Assembly (NCBI GenBank): GCA_946617435.1
Contig: CAMOKD010000003.1
Coordinates: forward strand, 5,779-69,778
Reading direction: 5' to 3'
Source: an uncultured Clostridia bacterium
GTDB taxonomy: Bacteria; Bacillota; Clostridia; Oscillospirales; Oscillospiraceae
Length of the DNA: 64,000 nt
The position numbers and the translations under genes are program-made. Below are positions 34,431-43,104 of the stretch, one piece after another (the first letter of the stretch is position 1; the number at the start of each line of letters is the position of its first letter). The notes under the pieces were generated by a model. It saw only the letters and a program-made list of their open reading frames with translations, had not been told where the DNA came from and did no database searches.

Positions 34431-36068
34431 TCAGCCCTGGGCGGGAAAGTGCAGGCGCACTGTGGTGCCTGTCCCGGGAACACTGTGCAGCGTCACCTGG
34501 GCGTTGTGGTACTGGGCGCCGTGCTTCACAATGGAGAGCCCCAGTCCTGTGCCGCCGATGCGTCTGGAGTGGCTCTTGTCCACCCGGTAGAAGCGCTCAA
34601 ACACCCGCTCCTGGTCGGTTTCCGGGATCCCGATGCCGGTGTCCGTAACGGAAAGCACCGGGGTGTGCTTCTCCCGGGTGACGGTGACGGTCACCTTGCC
34701 GCCGGGCCGGTTGTATTTGATGGCGTTGTCCACCAGATTGTAAACCATTTCGTGCAGCAGCTGCCACACACCCTCTACGGTCACCGGCTGGCCGGTCAGC
34801 TCCAGGGTGACGTTCTGCCTGGCAGCAGTCTGCCGCAGGCTGTCCAGCACAACCCGGCCGAGCTCCTGCAGATCCACCGGCTCCATGGGCGGAAGCTGGG
34901 CGTTCTCATCCAGCTTGGAGAGCTTGATGATGTCCTCCACCAGGGTGATCATGCGCTGGGCCTCTCTGTGGATGTTTTCGGAGAAATCCACCACCGTTTC
35001 CTGGGGCACCGTGCCCTGGGCCATCAGCTCGGCAAAGCCGGAGATGGAGGTCAGCGGGGTCTTCAGCTCGTGGGACACATTGGCGGAGAACTCCCGCCGC
35101 AGCTGCTCCCGCTGCTCCCGCTCGGTGACGTCCATCCAAAGCAGCACCGCGCCTGCCAGCTGTTTTCTGGAAAACACCGGGCTGGCAATCAGCTGCCAGC
35201 TCCTGCCGTCCCGGGCCAGAAGGATTTCCCGCCGGGTCCCGTCCAGGGCGCTTTGGATGGCGCTCTCGGTGTGCTCATCCAGCGCCGGCAGCGGCTGGCC
35301 GATCTCTGTTCGGGGCAGCAGCTGCAGGGCGCTGGCGTTGGCGCTCAGCACATTACGCTGGGCGTTCACCAGCAAAAAGCCCTCGCCCATGTTGTCTGTC
35401 AGGGCGGAGAACTCCTTCTGCCGCAGGTGCAGGGTTTCCAGCTGCTCGTCAATGGTCAGCCGCTGCTCCTGCAGCCTGGACACCAGGGGGGCAAGCTCTG
35501 TGTAAGTCCGGATCTCCTCCGGCCGGTCCAGATCCAGCTCATTGATGGGCTGGACAATCTGCTTTGCAGCCCGGAAGGACAGGATCCCCGAAAGGGTCAG
35601 CACCAGCACAAATACCCACAGCACAGGGCTCACGGTAATGAGGGCCGCCCGCACCGCGCTGATCGGCTGCGACAGCCGTACAATGGTGCTGTCCTCCAGC
35701 TGCTGGGCATAGTACATTGTAGTGACGCCCTCGCTGCCGGAGGTCCGGGTGGCGCTGCCGCAGCCCTTGGCCATGGCGTCCCGTACCTCGGCAAGCTGGG
35801 CCTGATTGGGCAGATTTTGCCGCTGGGAGTCAAACAGGACGTTGCCCTCTGCGTCCATCCAGGTGACACGCTTTTCTGGCGGCAGCTGCTCCAGATAGCG
35901 CGCCCCGCCGATCCGCAGCCCCTGGGCCACATAGGCGGTCTCCTGCTGGAGGGTTTGGGCTGCCTCATCCAGATTTTGCCGGTACTGCAGGCCGAAAAAC
36001 AGACCGGTACACAAAACCAGGGCCAGGACGCCGCACAAGAAGGAGTATCGGAAGATTTTTCCGGTCAT
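34431..36068 (-). CDS. sensor histidine kinase (PhoR-like architecture: 2 TM, PAS, HisKA, HATPase_c)
   Basis: 545 aa. H-box SHELKTPLTSISGFAELM, N box DNAIKYN, G boxes DTGIGI and GGTGLGLSIV. Confidence 0.88.
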   Translation of the reverse strand: MTGKIFRYSFLCGVLALVLCTGLFFGLQYRQNLDEAAQTLQQETAYVAQGLRIGGARYLEQLPPEKRVTWMDAEGNVLFDSQRQNLPNQAQLAEVRDAMAKGCGSATRTSGSEGVTTMYYAQQLEDSTIVRLSQPISAVRAALITVSPVLWVFVLVLTLSGILSFRAAKQIVQPINELDLDRPEEIRTYTELAPLVSRLQEQRLTIDEQLETLHLRQKEFSALTDNMGEGFLLVNAQRNVLSANASALQLLPRTEIGQPLPALDEHTESAIQSALDGTRREILLARDGRSWQLIASPVFSRKQLAGAVLLWMDVTEREQREQLRREFSANVSHELKTPLTSISGFAELMAQGTVPQETVVDFSENIHREAQRMITLVEDIIKLSKLDENAQLPPMEPVDLQELGRVVLDSLRQTAARQNVTLELTGQPVTVEGVWQLLHEMVYNLVDNAIKYNRPGGKVTVTVTREKHTPVLSVTDTGIGIPETDQERVFERFYRVDKSHSRRIGGTGLGLSIVKHGAQYHNAQVTLHSVPGTGTTVRLHFPAQG

Positions 36069-36742
36069 TCCACATCCTCCCTGATGCGGTATCCCACCCC
36101 GCGGACGGTTTCAATGTAGCTGCCCGCCGGGCCGAGCTTGGCCCGCAGGGTGCGCACATGGACGTCCAGGGTGCGGTTTTCCCGCTCCGCAGCCAGGCCC
36201 CAGACCCTGTCCATCAGTACTGACCGGGTCATCACGGCGCCTCCGGCCTCCAGCAGCTGCTGCAGCAGCAGGAATTCTTTGTAGGTCAGGGCGACCTTCT
36301 CTGCGTTCACGGTGACCTGATGCCTGGCAGGGCAGACCCACAGGCAGCCTACGCGGTATTCCGTCTCCTGGGCAGCAGGTCTTGCCCGGCGCAGCACCGC
36401 CCGCACCCGGGCGGTCAGCTCCATCATCCCGAAGGGCTTGGAGATATAGTCGTCCGCACCCAGATCCAGCCCGTAGGCGCGGTCATATTCACTGTTTTTT
36501 GCAGTTAACATAATCACAGGCAGCGTTTTGGTTGCCGCCTCTGTCCGCAGCTTGGTAAGCACGGACAGGCCATCCTCCTGGGGCAGCATAATATCCAGCA
36601 GAACCAGCTCCGGCAGCCGGACGTGCACTGCCTGCCAGAATTCCTTCGGCATGGCAAAGCCCTGGGTTTCAAAGCCCTGGCTTTGCAGTGCGTAAATCAC
36701 CAGCTTGCGGATGCTGTCGTCATCCTCTAATAAGTAGATCAT
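36065..36742 (-). CDS. OmpR/PhoB-family response regulator
   Basis: 225 aa. Receiver MIYLLEDDDSI..LVLLDIMLP..MLTAK, winged-helix C-terminus ETVRGVGYRI. ATGA overlap with the kinase gene. Confidence 0.9.
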   Translation of the reverse strand: MIYLLEDDDSIRKLVIYALQSQGFETQGFAMPKEFWQAVHVRLPELVLLDIMLPQEDGLSVLTKLRTEAATKTLPVIMLTAKNSEYDRAYGLDLGADDYISKPFGMMELTARVRAVLRRARPAAQETEYRVGCLWVCPARHQVTVNAEKVALTYKEFLLLQQLLEAGGAVMTRSVLMDRVWGLAAERENRTLDVHVRTLRAKLGPAGSYIETVRGVGYRIREDVE

Positions 36743-36804
36743 CCTCTCACCTCATTGGAAGTATATCATATCCGCCTGTGGAAAACCAGTCTTGCTCTGA
36801 AGAT

Positions 36805-36858
36805 TTAACTTTAATTTAACATAGGCCGGTAGCGTATTTAACCTTTACAGGGTATGAT
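36805..36858 (+). promoter_or_regulatory. Pho-box-like phased hexamer repeats plus -10 element in the divergent RR / Na-Pi transporter intergenic region
   Basis: TTAACT (36805), TTAACA (36816), TTAACC (36838) in 11/22-bp register, TTTACA (36844), then TATGAT (36853-36858) 22 nt before the transporter ATG. There is no canonical -35. Confidence 0.45.
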
Positions 36859-36880
36859 ATGGGGTGAAAGAGGTGAAAGT

Positions 36881-38629
36881 ATGGGAATTTCTGAAATTAT
36901 TGCGCTTCTCAGCGGGATTGCGCTGTTTTTGTTTGGTATGGGGCTCATGGGCGACGGGCTGAAAAAGGTAGCCGGCAGCCGCCTGGAGCTGGTTCTGTAC
37001 CGGCTTTCCAACACCCCTCTCAAGGGGGTGCTTCTGGGTACGGGGGTCACCGCGGTGATCCAGTCCTCCTGCGCCACCTCGGTGATGGTGGTCGGGTTTG
37101 TCAACGCAGGCATGATGAAGCTGAAGCAGGCCATCGGCGTCATTCTGGGCGCAATCCTGGGCACCAGCGTCACCGGCTGGGTCATTAGCCTCAGCTACAT
37201 TGAGGGAGGCTCCGGCCTGGGCAGTCTGCTCTCCACCGCGACCCTCACCGGTCTGGCGGCAGTCGTCGGCATTCTGCTGCGGATGTTCTCCAAGCGGGCG
37301 TCGCTGCAGCACATGGGCGACATCTTAATGGGCTTTGCCGTGCTGATGTTCGGCATGAGCACCATGAGCGGTTCTGTCTCCGGTCTGGGTGAGCAGGAGT
37401 GGTTTGTAGGCACCCTGCAGTCTCTGTCCAACCCGCTGTTGGGTATTCTGGTAGGCGCGGCCTTCACAGCGCTGCTGCAGTCTGCTTCTGCCGCAGTTGG
37501 TATTGTGCAGGCGCTCTCCGTCACCGGTGCGATGCGGTTTGAGGCGGCGCTGCCGCTGCTGATGGGCATTGCCATCGGCGCTTCGGTGCCGGTGCTGCTG
37601 TCCGCCATCGGCGCCAAGACCGACGGCAAGCGGACCGCACTGATCTATCTGGTCTCTGAGATTGCCAGCGTGCTGATCTGCGCGGCCCTGTTCTATCTGG
37701 CGGATGCGATTTTCCGCTTCCCCTTCACCGAGATGGTGATGAATCCCTTCTCTCTGGCCATGGTCAACAGCGTCCTGCGTCTGGCAATGGTGCTGCTCCT
37801 GCTGCCCTTCGTGGACGTGCTGGAGGCCCTGGTAAAGGTGCTTGTGCCCGACAAGAAGGATGAGACCGAGCTGACTCTCCGGCTGGAGGAGCGGTTCCTT
37901 GCCCACCCGTCCATTGCCATTGAGCAGAGCCGGCTCACCATCAACGATATGGCTGCCTGCGCCAAGGACGCCCTGGGAGAGGCAACCGGACTGCTGGTGC
38001 GATACAGCGAGGGAGGCTTTGAACAGGTCAAGGAGCTGGAATCCGATGCAGACCGCTATGAAGATGCGCTGGGCTCTTATCTGGTCAAGCTGACGGGCCG
38101 CGAGCTGACCCAGGCGCAGAATGCCTCGGTGTCCAAGTTCCTCCACGCCCTGACAGATTTTGAGCGGATCTCCGACCACGCCCTGAACATTGCCGAGAGC
38201 GCCAAGGAGCTGCAGGAGAAGAAAATGCAGTTCTCCGACGAGGCCCAGCGGGAGATGTCTGTGCTGTGCCGCGCCGTGCGTGAGGTGGTGCGTCTGAGCG
38301 TAGAGGCCTTTACCGAAAACGACCTGACCCTGGCCGCCCAGGTGGAGCCCCTGGAGGAGCGGATCGACCAGCTGGTAGAGCAGATCAAGCGCCACCACAT
38401 TGAGCGCCTGCAAAAGGGACAGTGTACCATCCGCCTGGGCTTTGTGCTCAACGATCTGTTGACCTCCCTGGAGCGGGTGGGGGACCACTGCTCCAACATC
38501 GCGGTGGCAATCATCGAGATTGAGAGCGACGACTTCGCCACCCATGAATATATGAGCCGTCTGAAGGACACCCAGTCTCCGGAATTCCTGGAGGCCCTGG
38601 AGGGCTATCGGGCAAGATTCTCCCTGTAA
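36881..38629 (+). CDS. Na+/phosphate cotransporter family protein with C-terminal PhoU-like repeats
   Basis: Start MGISEIIALLSGIALFLFGMGLMGDGL. NaPi-II repeat motifs (QSSCATSVM and QSASAAVGIV). The C-terminal helical PhoU-like region contains RISDHALNIAE and RVGDHCSNIA. Confidence 0.88.
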   Translation: MGISEIIALLSGIALFLFGMGLMGDGLKKVAGSRLELVLYRLSNTPLKGVLLGTGVTAVIQSSCATSVMVVGFVNAGMMKLKQAIGVILGAILGTSVTGWVISLSYIEGGSGLGSLLSTATLTGLAAVVGILLRMFSKRASLQHMGDILMGFAVLMFGMSTMSGSVSGLGEQEWFVGTLQSLSNPLLGILVGAAFTALLQSASAAVGIVQALSVTGAMRFEAALPLLMGIAIGASVPVLLSAIGAKTDGKRTALIYLVSEIASVLICAALFYLADAIFRFPFTEMVMNPFSLAMVNSVLRLAMVLLLLPFVDVLEALVKVLVPDKKDETELTLRLEERFLAHPSIAIEQSRLTINDMAACAKDALGEATGLLVRYSEGGFEQVKELESDADRYEDALGSYLVKLTGRELTQAQNASVSKFLHALTDFERISDHALNIAESAKELQEKKMQFSDEAQREMSVLCRAVREVVRLSVEAFTENDLTLAAQVEPLEERIDQLVEQIKRHHIERLQKGQCTIRLGFVLNDLLTSLERVGDHCSNIAVAIIEIESDDFATHEYMSRLKDTQSPEFLEALEGYRARFSL

Positions 38630-38645
38630 TCTGCCCGCCTTTGAA

Positions 38646-38700
38646 AGACCACGCCCCTGTGCCGGAGTCCCGGCACAGGGGCGTGGTCTGTTTCTGCTTT
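38646..38700 (+). terminator. rho-independent terminator
   Basis: Perfect 20-bp stem agaccacgcccctgtgccgg/ccggcacaggggcgtggtct, loop AGTC, then GTTTCTGCTTT. Confidence 0.85.
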
Positions 38701-38864
38701 ATACTGAACTCCCATAGAAAGATTGAAGAATGTTCCGTGCAGGAATTGCGCCAGACGAGGCGGAGGACGCAGGCGGGCTTGACGCCCGGCAAGGACGACA
38801 ACGAAGTATGGCACAATTCCTGCCGGAACAGATTAAAGGTTTCTATGGGAGCTCAGTATTAAGC
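38696..38864. repeat. 169-bp long imperfect inverted repeat (candidate structured RNA or MITE-like element)
   Basis: The left arm gctttatactgaactcccatagaaa...gttccgtgcaggaattgcgcc pairs with the right arm ggcacaattcctgccggaac...tttctatgggagctcagtattaagc. A 57-nt GC-rich apex has its own small hairpin. Confidence 0.7.
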
Positions 38865-38994
38865 GAAAGAAAATACACATTTGGTCTCCCGGGGCTGTAG
38901 ACAAACCTGGTAGAGTGTGGTACGATAGAGCCGGGATAACACAGAATCACGTCTGCAAAAAAACCGGTTTCACGTACCAGAGGAGGGCAATCCC

Positions 38995-41900
38995 ATGAAA
39001 GCACGGTGTATTCTCGGCATGGCACTGGCAGTGCTGTTTTTGATCTCGCTGCTTCCCGCTGCAGCTGCAGGGGAGGGGCAAATTCCGGCAGCCGAGGCCC
39101 AGGCCACGGCAGTCCACATTGCATCCGATCCCCCAGGCGCGGATATTTATCTGGACGGCACGCTCTACCGGCCTGCCGTCACGCCCTGTGACATTCCGGT
39201 GGAAGCCGGAGCCCACACCCTCAGCATCCGCATGGCGGGCTATACTCCCTATGAAACGACCGTGCAGCCGGGGCAGAGCGTCTCGGCCAGGCTGCTGCCT
39301 GCCATCCCGGAGGGGCCCAATGTGCGCACCCTCACCGTGAACCGGGACGAGCACGGCTACGCGGACGCCAGGGTTCTGAAGTGGGAATTCTACCGGCGCT
39401 TCGTGCTGGAGGGCGAACCCAGGCCGGAGGTGGACTGGTACGAGAATCAGCCGGAATCAGACTACTATCCCCAGTGGGCCTATGACGCCCTCACCGACGG
39501 CATCAGCCTGCGGGAGGCCCTGTGCATCATCGAAAACGACACCGGCTGGTACGACGAGGAGAACGAGATCCGCTGGTACTATGTTGTGGAGTTTGCCGCG
39601 GAAAAGCTGAATCCCTACGACGAGAGCGACCTGGACAACGACACCTACTACCTCTCAAGCAACGTGACCTGTTACGGCCGCGGCGCGGCTGCCTACTTAA
39701 ACGGGGAGCCGCTGTTTGAGAAATACACCGCTGAAGGCACGGTGGAAGATAGCGAGGCCAAGGCCCTCTGGCGCTGCGACGGCTGCTTTACCATCAACGG
39801 CGACCGCAACCGTGACGGCACCCCGGACGTGACTCTGGCCGGCTGGGAGGACTGGACCTGGGACGGCCGGTGGACGCTGATGCTGACTTGCTCGGACGCC
39901 CGCGCCGTGGGCCTGCGCTTCGCCCCGACCATGCACGTCAGCATCGGCACGCCCTTCTGGCAGCCGCTCCATTATTTTGATCTGCGCGAAATCTACCTCA
40001 CCGGCTGCACCTTTGAGGGGATCCGCAACGGGGTAGGCCGCTTCTTCGGTGTGAGTCTTGGCGCCATCTACGGCCATACTGCCCAGGGATACGGTCAGCC
40101 GGGTACCTACGATCTGGACGGTTATTACGTCACCGGCTGCACCTTCCAGGACGAGCAGCTTGGATTCATCTTCGCCGGCGGCGACCAGGACTATGTCCGG
40201 GCGAAAAATCTGGTGATTCAAGGCAACCACCTGGTCAACGGCTCGATCTTTGTGCGCAATGTGGACGCCCACACCTGGTACATGTGGCCCGGCAACGGGG
40301 AGATGTCCGGCACCGCCTATGGGGAGACCTGTATCGGCTATGCCGAGCACAATCTCCTGGAGGATGTCACCATCAGCGGTAATTTCTCGGAGTTTACGGC
40401 GGACGTCACGGATTTGAACCTTTACGACGGCGGCTATGGCAGCGTGATCCATCTGGGAAACTCCAACCTGGGCGGCAGTCACAACACCATGCGGAACGTG
40501 ACTGTGCGCTGCAACCGCTCCACCCTGGAGCAGGGGAACATCGATGCCTACGAGTATTGGCCCAATGCCGGCGTGGGCATCAGCAACGCGGCTGTGGGCG
40601 ACGGTCTGCACGAGGCTTATGACAGCGCGCTGGCGTCCTCCCTGTGCCAGGTTTCCGACAATCTTTTTGAGAATCTCACCGTGGAATATAACGAGTTTGC
40701 CCTCAATTATTTTACTCTGGAGAACTTCACCCTGTCCGGCAGTGCCCAGGTGGGCACCGACAACCGCTTCCGCAACATCCAGATCTCTCACAACAACCTC
40801 GGCACCGTGACGGGACTGCATTTTTACGGCGCCTCTGGTACCAGCAACCCGGACTGCCTGGCAGGCGGCGCGCTGGAAAACCTGACCGTGTCAGACAACG
40901 TCATCCGCTGCCTGCGCAAAACCGGCTGGGGCGCTGACAGCAACATCGACACCTCCGGCGAGCAGAGCGATTTTGGCATCCTGGTGTGCGGCGCTTCTGT
41001 GGCAAACTTCGATGCCTCCAACTGGGATGAGCCCGGCGAGCCGGCTGCCTGGGACAAGCTCCACTCCGCGGTCTCGGGCGTCCGGCTGCTGGGCAACACC
41101 GTCACCGGCTTTGCGGGGGGCGTGCTGGTGGCGGCAGCGGAGTGCCAACGCACCCACTATGTCACGGGCATCACTGTGGACGACGTCGTCATCGCAGACA
41201 ATGAGATCGTCACTGACGGCGTAAACCAAAACTGCCGCAACGACGGCATTGTTCTGGTGGGCGCCATTGACGGCGGCACAGACTGCATGATCCACCGGGC
41301 GGAGGTCAGCGGCAACCGGGTCAGCGCAAACAACGGTCTGCTTTGCGCAGGGTTCTGGTACCGCGGTATGACCTGCCGCCGTGGCGTCCGGGACAACCGG
41401 GTGCTGCACGTCAACGCAAGAAACAACCGCTTCACCTATGCGGCGCCAAACAGCAACGGCGGGTTTCCCATTGCCGCGGCCGATGCCGTCAGCACCTGGG
41501 GGGAGATCCCCTTTGTCCTGGGCCAAAGCGCTGTGGTACTCACAGAGTCTGACAATGCTGCCGCAGGTTTTGGCTGGGGCAGTATGCTCCTCAGCGCCTT
41601 GAGCCTGGAGAACGCGCCGGAGGAAGCGGACTTTCTGGCCCGGGTGCAGGCGTGCGCTGACGCCTCCACCGAGAGCGGCTATCTCACCTGGGCAAGGGAC
41701 AGCGCCGCCGGCCAAGAGGAGCCGCCCCTGTTTGCAGGTGTCTGCGATAAGCCCAACTATCGGCCCGGCAATCTCCACCGCTGGTATCTCACCCCCTGTA
41801 CCGCCGGCCTGGTCCGCAGCACTGAGACCGAGAGCCTGCCCACCTGTACACAGCCCGGCGCCAAGCTGGAGATCACCCGCTGCAGCTGCTGCAGCGAGGT

Positions 41901-42762
41901 GCTCAAAAGTGAGACTCAGACGGTGTCCGCCCTGGGCCACAGCTGGGCCCCTGCTGCCTACGTTTGGGCAGCGGATTACAGCGCAGTTACCGCCTCGCGT
42001 ACCTGCACGCGTGACCCTGCCCATGTGGAAACGGAGACGGTTCCCACCACCGCAGAGGTGACGAAGGAAGCAACCGAGCAGTCTGGCGGCGAGATCACCT
42101 ATACTGCCGTCTTTGCAAACAAGGCCTTTGCCACCCAAATCAAGGTGGTCGCCACGCCCAGGACAGAGGATCCGGATGGCCCGATCCCCGGCCTGCCCTG
42201 CAGCGGCGGTCCGGACTGCCCTGGCAACGTCTTCTCCGATATGCCGGCAAAGGGCAGCTGGGCCCATGATGCCATTGACTGGGCGGTTGTCCGCAGAGTG
42301 ACCACCGGCACCGGCGCCACTACCTTCAGCCCGGATGCCGGCTGTACCCGGGCCCAGGTGGTCACCTTCCTGTGGCGGGCGGCAGGGGAGCCGGAGCCTC
42401 ACACAGACTCCAATCCCTTCCTGGACGTGTCGGCGGGCACCTTCTACTACAAGGCGGTTTTGTGGGCGGTAGAGAAGAAAATCACCGCCGGTACCAGCGC
42501 CACCACCTTCAGCCCCGATGCAACCTGCATCCGCGCGCAGATTGTCACCTTCCTCTGGCGGTTTGAGGGCGAGCCCGCGCCATCAAGCGCCGCCAATCCC
42601 TTCGGGGATGTCCAAGCGGGGGCGTTTTACGAAAAGGCGGTGCTGTGGGCCTCCGAGGCCGGGGTCACGGCGGGTACCAGCCCCACCGCGTTCAGCCCGC
42701 TCAACACCTGCACCCGGGCCCAGGTGGTCACCTTCCTGTACCGGGATCTAATGGGAGCATAA
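38995..42762 (+). CDS. large secreted cell-wall-anchored protein: signal peptide, PEGA domain, right-handed beta-helix region, Cys-rich module, 3 C-terminal SLH domains
   Basis: 1255 aa. Signal peptide MKARCILGMALAVLFLISLLPAAAAG. PEGA-like VHIASDPPGADIYLDGTLY..AGYTPYET. Repeated N/G/T-rich beta-helix-like turns. Three SLH repeats (FSDM..W.V..RVTTGT..TTFSPD..CTRAQVVTFLWR and similar) at 42225-42759. Confidence 0.85.
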   Translation: MKARCILGMALAVLFLISLLPAAAAGEGQIPAAEAQATAVHIASDPPGADIYLDGTLYRPAVTPCDIPVEAGAHTLSIRMAGYTPYETTVQPGQSVSARLLPAIPEGPNVRTLTVNRDEHGYADARVLKWEFYRRFVLEGEPRPEVDWYENQPESDYYPQWAYDALTDGISLREALCIIENDTGWYDEENEIRWYYVVEFAAEKLNPYDESDLDNDTYYLSSNVTCYGRGAAAYLNGEPLFEKYTAEGTVEDSEAKALWRCDGCFTINGDRNRDGTPDVTLAGWEDWTWDGRWTLMLTCSDARAVGLRFAPTMHVSIGTPFWQPLHYFDLREIYLTGCTFEGIRNGVGRFFGVSLGAIYGHTAQGYGQPGTYDLDGYYVTGCTFQDEQLGFIFAGGDQDYVRAKNLVIQGNHLVNGSIFVRNVDAHTWYMWPGNGEMSGTAYGETCIGYAEHNLLEDVTISGNFSEFTADVTDLNLYDGGYGSVIHLGNSNLGGSHNTMRNVTVRCNRSTLEQGNIDAYEYWPNAGVGISNAAVGDGLHEAYDSALASSLCQVSDNLFENLTVEYNEFALNYFTLENFTLSGSAQVGTDNRFRNIQISHNNLGTVTGLHFYGASGTSNPDCLAGGALENLTVSDNVIRCLRKTGWGADSNIDTSGEQSDFGILVCGASVANFDASNWDEPGEPAAWDKLHSAVSGVRLLGNTVTGFAGGVLVAAAECQRTHYVTGITVDDVVIADNEIVTDGVNQNCRNDGIVLVGAIDGGTDCMIHRAEVSGNRVSANNGLLCAGFWYRGMTCRRGVRDNRVLHVNARNNRFTYAAPNSNGGFPIAAADAVSTWGEIPFVLGQSAVVLTESDNAAAGFGWGSMLLSALSLENAPEEADFLARVQACADASTESGYLTWARDSAAGQEEPPLFAGVCDKPNYRPGNLHRWYLTPCTAGLVRSTETESLPTCTQPGAKLEITRCSCCSEVLKSETQTVSALGHSWAPAAYVWAADYSAVTASRTCTRDPAHVETETVPTTAEVTKEATEQSGGEITYTAVFANKAFATQIKVVATPRTEDPDGPIPGLPCSGGPDCPGNVFSDMPAKGSWAHDAIDWAVVRRVTTGTGATTFSPDAGCTRAQVVTFLWRAAGEPEPHTDSNPFLDVSAGTFYYKAVLWAVEKKITAGTSATTFSPDATCIRAQIVTFLWRFEGEPAPSSAANPFGDVQAGAFYEKAVLWASEAGVTAGTSPTAFSPLNTCTRAQVVTFLYRDLMGA

Positions 42763-42840
42763 ACCAAGATGCCCTGTGCCAGCGTCTGTGCGGCCACAGG
42801 GCATGCTTCAGCGGCATTGATGAGACGCCGCAGAGAGAAC

Positions 42841-42878
42841 AAAAAAACTCCGCAAATCCATAGGATTTGCGGAGCTTT
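42841..42878. terminator. bidirectional rho-independent terminator (SLH gene on +, tRNA-Thr on -)
   Basis: 12-bp stem ctccgcaaatcc/ggatttgcggag, flanked by A7 upstream and T4 downstream. Confidence 0.8.
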
Positions 42879-42954
<76 letters not shown>

Positions 42955-42974
42955 GTTTCGCAGTCAGCTTCGTT

Positions 42975-43002
42975 ATTATATCAAAAAAAACGGAAATGTC
43001 AA
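42975..43002 (-). promoter_or_regulatory. sigma-A promoter for tRNA-Thr(GGT)
   Basis: Minus strand: TTGACA, 16 nt, TATAAT, about 20 nt upstream of the tRNA 5' end. Confidence 0.7.
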
Positions 43003-43104
43003 GCATTATTTTCCGTTTTTTCAAAAAATCTTCCCCCGGGCAGTCTCCGGCCGGGAAAGAGGACACCGGCCCGGCAGGGGAGACCTGCCGGGCCGATACT
43101 GCAC

